A stretch of DNA of 12,660 bases from Planctomycetota bacterium (GTDB lineage: Bacteria > Planctomycetota > Planctomycetia > Gemmatales > Gemmataceae), in contig JAKBAI010000168.1 of NCBI GenBank assembly GCA_021809185.1, positions 1 to 12,660 of the forward strand. Direction: 5' to 3'. A model generated the notes under the pieces. The model worked only from the letters and a program-made list of their open reading frames with translations, was not told the DNA's origin and searched no databases. The position numbers and the translations under genes are program-made. Below, in pieces: positions 1 through 5,635 of this stretch. Position 1 is the stretch's first letter. Each line of letters begins with the position of its first letter.

Positions 1-652
1 CCTCTTTATCGACATCTGCTGCGTTATAGCCTGCGCGCCTCATGATAATTTTTGCTAGATCATTGGGGCGATATGATGGCAATGGATGATTCGGATTTCC
101 TGAAGGCATGTGAGTCTGTTTAGCGATTTTAGCAGCTTGTGCTTGGTTGAATGCCTCCATACCGACACCATCCCGGTAATCTTTGGCGTTGATTCCGCCC
201 GGATTCTGAACGTAGCTATTCGATAACTTTCTTGAAGTGCGAACATCCTCTTCAATTGCCATATTGGCTAGTTCCAGGCTCAAAATTGCTGCTAGTTCGC
301 TATCATTATTACACTTATTGACAAGAGATTCTGTGATAACAACCTGATCACTCAACTGGTGGAATACAGAATCGAGATTGGCATTTTGGCCACGGTATAT
401 ATTGCCATTCGCTTCGCGCGCCAATCCGATGGTCACAAATTGCGTATATTGGAGATTGAGATCCGGATTTTTGGCTATTAAACTTCTCCCAACCGAATCA
501 ACTCGGCTCGATACTTCCGTATTTGCTTTTGGAAATCGGCTAAGATCGATCACCGGTTCATTGCGCAAGCCACGATACTGCGATCGATCATTCGTACAGC
601 TCGCTAGGGATATTGCCATCAACCCTACCAAGTAAATCCAACTCGTTTTCAT
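1..652 (-). CDS. Lipoprotein, M48-peptidase-like with degenerate HExxH; 5' end complete, 3' end runs off the window (>=217 aa)
   Basis: A manual reverse-complement translation from the ATG at 652 to position 2 is open with no stop (frame 652 mod 3 = 1), and continues off the window edge. The ORF track omits it for that reason. The N-terminus MKTSWIYLVGLMAISLASC is a signal peptide with lipobox L-A-S-C. A GGAG sits 7 nt upstream of the ATG. An internal ...NKCNNDSELAAILSLELANMAIEE... aligns to the M48 motif (S/D)ELAAVLAHE(I/L)GH, with both His replaced (L and N). The downstream IIMRRAGYNAADV resembles the M48 'LARAGYDP' region. Confidence 0.6.
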   Translation of the reverse strand, partial: MKTSWIYLVGLMAISLASCTNDRSQYRGLRNEPVIDLSRFPKANTEVSSRVDSVGRSLIAKNPDLNLQYTQFVTIGLAREANGNIYRGQNANLDSVFHQLSDQVVITESLVNKCNNDSELAAILSLELANMAIEEDVRTSRKLSNSYVQNPGGINAKDYRDGVGMEAFNQAQAAKIAKQTHMPSGNPNHPLPSYRPNDLAKIIMRRAGYNAADVDKE

Positions 653-1206
653 AGGAATTCTCCACATCTATTTCTGAAGCTCGGCATGATCCTATCATTC
701 TTCTTGAACAAATCGGAAATCCATCGATTTCACCATCTTGAATACTGATCCATTCCACTTTTTGGAAATATATTCCAGGTACCTTACTGTCAAGAGCAGA
801 TAAGATTGGCAAAATTGTGGTATTTCTTCCTATGAAAATAAGATAGGGAATCTTAATTCTTAAGGGGACCGATTGAATCTCTCGCCAAAAATATTACAAT
901 AACCTATACAATATAGATAAAATGAATGAAATTAGATTGTTGAACCTATTTAGCGATCTATCGTGAATAGATAGTTCAAAAGATTAAGATTGTTAGCGAA
1001 TCAGCAAACTACCAGTTAATCAGAAAATGTAAAATCGAAACTTCACAAGAAGTTCCGTAAATATTCTTCAAACTGATTGATTAATGATGCCCAGAGTAGA
1101 CCACCTGCATCAAGAAAGGTACTTCTACTTTGAATCCTACTTTTTTTCCTAAAAGTGATTGAATTCTCAGAATTTGAACTTCCAATTAAAAGGAGTATAT
1201 TTGGGA

Positions 1207-1239
1207 AGTTGAATAAGAAAGTTGAATAAGAAAGTTGAG
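1207..1239 (+). repeat. 13-bp tandem direct repeat AGTTGAATAAGAA x2 plus partial third copy (AGTTGAG), ending 12 bp upstream of the start codon at 1252
   Basis: Read directly: agttgaataagaa (1207-1219), agttgaataagaa (1220-1232), agttgag (1233-1239). It lies in an AT-rich 600-bp divergent intergenic region. Confidence 0.85.
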
Positions 1240-1251
1240 TTAAAAATTTAA

Positions 1252-2178
1252 ATGATGAAAGATTCCGCAATTCCCAGCACTTCAGTTATCTCTCAAAATA
1301 TTATTCAGGATTCAACGAGTACTGAAGAACTTCAAGACCAATTGGCCTCCTTATTAAGTGAACAGCAAGAAAGTGAACAAGAACTAGAATTAGAAGATCG
1401 TAAAACTGGCAAACTTAAAGAAAGCTGGCAACAAATACGCAACATTCCTTGCCACCGTTGTCAAAAATTGTATTGTGGTCATGAAGCCCTTTTAAGTATC
1501 GCTCTAGGGTTCAAGAATACCCCCTATTGCTTAATTTGTCTGGCCAGTGGGCTAAATCGTTCGGTAAGCGAATTGATGGAACAATTAAGTTTATATATCC
1601 AGAGACACACCTGTTTTCGCACCGTCTGGATGATCGCCTCGAGAGAAGAACAGATCGAGGATATGCTTATCCCCATTTGTATTCAATCGCTTCTGGCCAC
1701 TGAAAAGAGTAAGATAGTCATGAATACTAGCAATAATAGCTTACGACAGTCTAACGACCAATCTGATTCCCGTCGATATCCGAGCACAAATCAATCAGAG
1801 TCAAATTCGCAATTTTGCCAAAGTCAGCAATCTCAAAGTGAACAATCTCAAAGTCAGCAATCGGAGAATTTGACACAATCTTGTTCAAGTAACCGTGGCA
1901 ATCCGATGAAAACTACTCCAGACTCAGATTTAAAAGAGCCAGCAGATCAGCTTACAACTGCCATCCAATCGGAAGTTTTTGATGCAGGAAACATGGGTTG
2001 TGGAAATCTCGTTTTGGCATTACGATTAAAATTAAAATCGTTACCCCCCGGAACTCTTTTAACGGTAATCGCTCAAGACCCCGCTGCGCCACAAGATCTG
2101 CCTGCATGGTGCCGTATGACTGGTCACCGTTTACTCGAAACTCAGCACCCTAATTATCTTATTCAACGAAAGGATTAA
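1252..2178 (+). CDS. Two-domain protein: N-terminal Cys/His-rich domain (C-x2-C-x5-C-x-H ... C-x2-C), Q/S/N-rich linker, C-terminal TusA-like sulfur-carrier domain with atypical C-G-N active-site motif
   Basis: 308-aa ORF. The C-terminal ...FDAGNMGCGNLVLALRLKLKSLPPGTLLTVIAQDPAAPQDLPAWCRMTGHRLLETQHPNYLIQRKD aligns to E. coli TusA (LRCPEPVMMVRKTV...[26 protein letters not shown]...YLIRKG), with the active Cys conserved but CPxP replaced by CGN. The N-terminal CHRCQKLYCGHE...YCLICL cluster is probably a metal-binding module. The gene ends 6 bp before the next gene, suggesting an operon. Confidence 0.8.
   Translation: MMKDSAIPSTSVISQNIIQDSTSTEELQDQLASLLSEQQESEQELELEDRKTGKLKESWQQIRNIPCHRCQKLYCGHEALLSIALGFKNTPYCLICLASGLNRSVSELMEQLSLYIQRHTCFRTVWMIASREEQIEDMLIPICIQSLLATEKSKIVMNTSNNSLRQSNDQSDSRRYPSTNQSESNSQFCQSQQSQSEQSQSQQSENLTQSCSSNRGNPMKTTPDSDLKEPADQLTTAIQSEVFDAGNMGCGNLVLALRLKLKSLPPGTLLTVIAQDPAAPQDLPAWCRMTGHRLLETQHPNYLIQRKD
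1819..1863 (+). repeat. In-frame 15-bp tandem repeat x3 (CAAAGTCAGCAATCT / CAAAGTGAACAATCT / CAAAGTCAGCAATCG) encoding QSQQS-QSEQS-QSQQS within the linker of the 1252..2178 CDS
   Basis: Read directly from the sequence. The first and third units differ by 1 nt. The unit length is a multiple of 3, so copy-number change would keep the frame. Confidence 0.85.
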
Positions 2179-2184
2179 CTTGTT

Positions 2185-2547
2185 ATGTCGAATAAATTTT
2201 GTTTGGTTTTAACTCATGCCAAGGACAATGTCGATCGAGCCACAGTCGCCTTTGTGGTTGCCAATGCAGCATTAGCATCGGACAAAGAGACCGTAGTCTT
2301 TTTAACCGTGGAGGGGGTCCATCTAAGCCAAGTTGGGTACGCGAACGATCTTCACGAACCCGGTTTTGCACCCCTCAAAGATTTAATTGCGCAGTTCACC
2401 GGCTCTGGCGGGCAGATCTGGGTCTGTTCCCCATGCTTCAAAAAACGCAAGTTAGAAGAAAATAAACTGGTTCAGGGGGCCATTCTAGTTGGCGGTGCCA
2501 AACTGGTAGAATTTCTATCGGATGGTGCCCCCTGTGTCTCCTATTGA
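2185..2547 (+). CDS. DsrE/DsrF-like (YchN-fold) sulfur-relay family protein
   Basis: 120 aa. The pattern is typical of the family. The N-terminus KFCLVLTHAKDN...ATVAFVVANAALASDKETVVFLTVEGVHL resembles the DsrE start (LIIVTSGPYG...AL..AL..GHEV.VFF..DGV). There is a conserved Cys in ...QIWVCSPC... (DsrE 'VCS' active-site region). The C-terminus LVQGAILVGGAKLVEFLSDGAPCVSY matches the family end. The gene starts 6 bp after the previous stop. Confidence 0.8.
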   Translation: MSNKFCLVLTHAKDNVDRATVAFVVANAALASDKETVVFLTVEGVHLSQVGYANDLHEPGFAPLKDLIAQFTGSGGQIWVCSPCFKKRKLEENKLVQGAILVGGAKLVEFLSDGAPCVSY

Positions 2548-2763
2548 CATTTAAACTCGAACGAGGATCGGCAAATTCAAACCGATTTTGGTTATTGTGT
2601 TGTTTATTCTCGTTTTTTCCTCGTCTTATTCTCCGTGCAAATGGAATGAGACGATCAAAATTCGTTCCTTATTCTTTCAGCTTATTCAACAAGTGGATTC
2701 TCTGCAAAGGTCGATTCTTTGTTTTGATTAGTCAGGAAAAATCCGAATTAGAAGGGTAATATC

Positions 2764-4434
2764 ATGAACGATTCAACCCATCCTCCAGAGACAGCAAAAA
2801 CTGAATTACCTGCAAAGGAGAATCAGCAATCTTCAGCTCTTCCATGGCAAGCGGACAGTGTTTTTCATGGTGGGGATATGGACTGCGGCAACGGATTGCT
2901 GTTAATGATTCGTAAACATCTCGATACATTGAGCGCAGGTCAGTTTTTAGAAATAACTTCAACGGAATCATCGGTCGAAGTCGATCTACCTGCCTGGTGT
3001 CAACTAACGAACAACGAGTTAATTGCGAAAAGGATATTACAAACTGCCGAAGCAACACCAAAAACAACCTGTTATCTCATTCGCAAAGGGGAGAAAGCAC
3101 GAAAGTTGACCTCATCTCCACCTAAATCTGAAATCTCAAGCGGTATATCTAGTGGAACATCCACTGGAACATTCACTACAGAAGAGTTAATCTCCCGTAA
3201 CGAAGAATCTCGAGAGACATACTCTGAAAAATCATCTAAAAGAAGTAGTTCAGGAAAAATCGTTAGGTCAACAGAATATCCTTGGTCAGAGTTACCTCTT
3301 CTACCCGTGATGGGGATCGGTTCTTGGCCGAGACCCCCTTGGCTCCTCACAGCTTTAGAAGAATATGTTTCCAATCGCATGCCCGATCCGGTCTTCCAAG
3401 CTTTGGCCAATCACGCTGTCCAAGAAGCGGTGCGAATGCAAACCGATGCAGGGGTTGACATCATTACCGATGGGGAACAGCGCCGGGATAGCTATGCAAG
3501 TTTTGTCGGCTTACGACTGCAGGGTTGCCAGCTAATTCCATTAGCGGATCTAGCCATTTATTCTCAACACCCAAACGAATTTACGCAAAGCCTGAAGGCA
3601 CTAGATGTTCCTCGAGATCAGCGGCACCCTGCGGTTATTCATCAACTTCAGCGAACTCGCTCGTTAGCTGTCGATGAATATCGCTTTGCTCGCCAACAAA
3701 CCGATCTACCTATTAAAATAGCACTGCCTGGCCCCTATCTTTTACAACGTACTCTCTGGCTCGATTGTATCCCGAATCAGATCTACCAAAACCGAGAGAC
3801 TCTTGCGGATGATCTTGTCAAAATTTTACGAGAAGAGATTGCCGATTTACTCGCGGCGGGGGTTGCCCTTATCCAATTCGATGAACCGGTCTTGACCGAG
3901 GTCGTCTATGGGAAAAAATCAGCGGATCGTTCTTTTATGTGCGGTGCTCTTGCCGAGGCCAGTTCCCCTGCCGAAGAATTGGCTAGAGCAGAAAATTTAT
4001 TGCTCCGAGTGATTGAAGGCTTCCCTCCCCAGCGCCTTGGCTTGCATATCTGCCGCGGTAACTGGTCGCGCGATGAATCGGTAGCCTTGACTGGAAATTA
4101 CCAACCCCTTTTACCACTTTTAACGAAACTCCCTTTTGGCACTCTCTTTTTAGAACTTTGTACACCGAGAGCAGGCGAAATGGCGATTCTAAGCGATCTC
4201 CCTAGCTACCAAAAAATTGGTATCGGTATCGTCAATCCGAAACAGATACGGGTTGAAACCGTTGATGAAATCAAACAAAAAATCGATCGAGCAATCGCCA
4301 CATTTGGCATCGATCGCATTCTGCTCACTCCGGATTGTGGCTTTGCCACTTTTGCCTTGCATCCCCTCTCAAGTAGCCAAATCGCTCAACAGAAACTCGC
4401 CAACATAGTCCGAGCTGCAACACAATACCGCTGA
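2764..4434 (+). CDS. Fusion protein: N-terminal TusA-like domain (C-G-N motif), S/T-rich linker, C-terminal cobalamin-independent methionine synthase (MetE) catalytic-domain-like Zn-dependent thiol methyltransferase domain
   Basis: 556 aa. Residues ~35-110, GGDMDCGNGLLLMIRKHL...VEVDLPAWCQLTNNELIAKRI...TTCYLIRKG, align to TusA including the C-terminal YLIRKG. A low-complexity S/T linker spans ~3106-3300. From ~3301 the sequence shows MetE C-terminal-domain hallmarks. MGIGSWPRP matches the TIGSFPRT motif. DIITDGEQRRDSYASFVG matches DVLVHGEFERNDMVEYFG. GLHICRGN matches the H-x-C zinc ligands (E. coli His641/Cys643). LLTPDCGFAT matches VNPDCGLKTR (Cys726). Confidence 0.85.
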   Translation: MNDSTHPPETAKTELPAKENQQSSALPWQADSVFHGGDMDCGNGLLLMIRKHLDTLSAGQFLEITSTESSVEVDLPAWCQLTNNELIAKRILQTAEATPKTTCYLIRKGEKARKLTSSPPKSEISSGISSGTSTGTFTTEELISRNEESRETYSEKSSKRSSSGKIVRSTEYPWSELPLLPVMGIGSWPRPPWLLTALEEYVSNRMPDPVFQALANHAVQEAVRMQTDAGVDIITDGEQRRDSYASFVGLRLQGCQLIPLADLAIYSQHPNEFTQSLKALDVPRDQRHPAVIHQLQRTRSLAVDEYRFARQQTDLPIKIALPGPYLLQRTLWLDCIPNQIYQNRETLADDLVKILREEIADLLAAGVALIQFDEPVLTEVVYGKKSADRSFMCGALAEASSPAEELARAENLLLRVIEGFPPQRLGLHICRGNWSRDESVALTGNYQPLLPLLTKLPFGTLFLELCTPRAGEMAILSDLPSYQKIGIGIVNPKQIRVETVDEIKQKIDRAIATFGIDRILLTPDCGFATFALHPLSSSQIAQQKLANIVRAATQYR

Positions 4435-4577
4435 CCGCCGTTACGATGTATTCTTAAAAGTGAAATTCAAGCGTCAGAAAAAAATGTCATTTACAAGCTC
4501 TTCGCCAAAAGATCCGACCTTCCGAAAAGTGATAGATAATCGATTTTTGAGCTTGACAAATCAATTCAACCTCGCTA

Positions 4578-5417
4578 ATGACAATCATTTCAAGCATAGA
4601 AAGCGGGAGAGATGAATTGCAACGGTATCAGGTAACTTTACCTATTTTTTACGGCCCGCTCGATCTGTTATTATTCCTAGTCAAGCGGAACGAAATTAAC
4701 CTTCTCGATATTTCCATCGCGCAAATTACAGATCAATTTTTGCAATATCTCGCCGTTATCGAATTCATCGATGTCGATAGTGCTGGGGAATTTCTCATTG
4801 TTGCTGCCACGTTGCTGGAAATGAAAAGCCGATTATTGTTGCCGGTTAGCATCGATGAATCTGAGGAAGAAACCGGGGAAGACCCCCGCCGAGAGCTGAT
4901 TCGCCAATTGATGGAGTATCGCAAATTCAAAGATGCTTCCGGAAAAATCGATCAGCTTGTGCAGGAACAGGAAAAATATCTTACTCGAAAACCGCTCGGC
5001 TCAAACCAACTATCCGGGGAGTCGACCGAATTGAAATCGGTTGAAATCTGGGATCTGGTCGCTGCTTTTGGTCGATTAGTTCGCCAAGTCAAGATTGCTC
5101 AACCCCAAACAACGATTATCGATGAAACCCCGCAAGTGGTTTATGAAAATCTGATTATCGACAAGCTGCACATCGAACATCGGTTCCCTTTTGAAAGTCT
5201 ATTTATTCCCCCTTTCCAGAAAACCAAAATGATTGGGCTTTTCCTAGCTTTACTGGAACTGATTAAACGAAGATTCGTCCATTTGGAACAACAGGAACCT
5301 TTCGGGACCATCTGGATCGAGCTGGCCCCCTCTGCCGAAGAATCGTCACCAATGGCCCATGAAAATGCGAACGAAATTGCCACAGATTCTCCCATCAACT
5401 ATGAAGATTCCATGTAA
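4578..5417 (+). CDS. scpA: Segregation and condensation protein A (ScpA, kleisin of the SMC-ScpAB complex)
   Basis: 279 aa. ...RYQVTLPIFYGPLDLLLFLVKRNEINLLDISIAQITDQFLQY... matches the ScpA N-terminal signature (B. subtilis [22 protein letters not shown]...). The C-terminal ...LFLALLELIKRRFVHLEQQEPFGTIWIEL is the ScpA winged-helix end. An alternative start is the in-frame TTG at 4617, which is preceded by GGGAGA with a 6-nt spacer and would give M-QRYQV. Confidence 0.85.
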   Translation: MTIISSIESGRDELQRYQVTLPIFYGPLDLLLFLVKRNEINLLDISIAQITDQFLQYLAVIEFIDVDSAGEFLIVAATLLEMKSRLLLPVSIDESEEETGEDPRRELIRQLMEYRKFKDASGKIDQLVQEQEKYLTRKPLGSNQLSGESTELKSVEIWDLVAAFGRLVRQVKIAQPQTTIIDETPQVVYENLIIDKLHIEHRFPFESLFIPPFQKTKMIGLFLALLELIKRRFVHLEQQEPFGTIWIELAPSAEESSPMAHENANEIATDSPINYEDSM

Positions 5418-5530
5418 ATGATGTTGTTATAAACAATAGCTTATTTTCCAAATTTCCTCTGACAGAATCAGCAAAAAAATTCAATCAATGATCATCATTT
5501 GATCAAATGAAGTATTTCTAGAGACTAAAA

Positions 5531-5580
5531 TCTATCCCTCTCTCTACTCTTAATTTCCTATCTTTCCTCTTTTCTCTACC
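5531..5580 (+). other. Polypyrimidine (CT-rich) tract in the scpA–ATPase intergenic region
   Basis: tctatccctctctctactcttaatttcctatctttcctcttttctctacc is almost entirely pyrimidines on the plus strand. Confidence 0.6.
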
Positions 5581-5591
5581 GATCTGATTTC

Positions 5592-5597
5592 TATAAT
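5592..5597 (+). promoter_or_regulatory. Candidate -10 hexamer TATAAT 38 bp upstream of the ATPase start codon; no convincing -35 element
   Basis: Exact TATAAT at 5592-5597, downstream of the CT-rich tract. The sequence 17 bp upstream (cttttc) matches TTGACA poorly. Confidence 0.25.
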
Positions 5598-5635
5598 AGG
5601 CAATCGATAGATAAACCTAAATACGATCAATCGTT

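Noticed and set aside
55-812. Track ORFs 55..255(-), 378..635(+), 588..812(-) as independent small genes
   Set aside because: All three overlap, in other frames, the much better supported edge-truncated lipoprotein ORF at 1..652 (RBS, lipobox, M48-like motif) or its upstream region. They have no motifs or RBS of their own.
1043-1270. 75-aa minus-strand ORF in the divergent promoter region
   Set aside because: It is AT-rich low-complexity translation and overlaps the start of the 1252 gene and its upstream repeats. It has no RBS or recognisable motif, so it is likely a spurious ORF in an AT-rich intergenic region.
2548-2763. Possible riboswitch (cobalamin or SAM) in the 216-bp leader upstream of the MetE-like gene
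   Set aside because: metE genes are often preceded by B12 or SAM riboswitches. But no B12-box (GCCACTG) and no recognisable SAM-I core were found by eye. There is only a weak stem, atcgg/ccgat, with a downstream T-rich stretch. This cannot be supported without covariance-model searches such as Rfam cmscan.
2183-3410. Overlapping alternative-frame ORFs (2183..2371-, 2199..2465+, 2544..2759+, 2762..3067-, 3072..3410-)
   Set aside because: Each overlaps the DsrE-like or TusA–MetE-like CDS, both of which have clear family signatures, or lies in the short intergenic spacer. None has a family resemblance.
4553-4581. Sigma70-like promoter TTGACA-17bp-TAATGA upstream of or overlapping the scpA start
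   Set aside because: The -35 hexamer is perfect, but the candidate -10 (TAATGA) matches TATAAT at only 2 of 6 positions and overlaps the annotated start codon. It is too weak to call.
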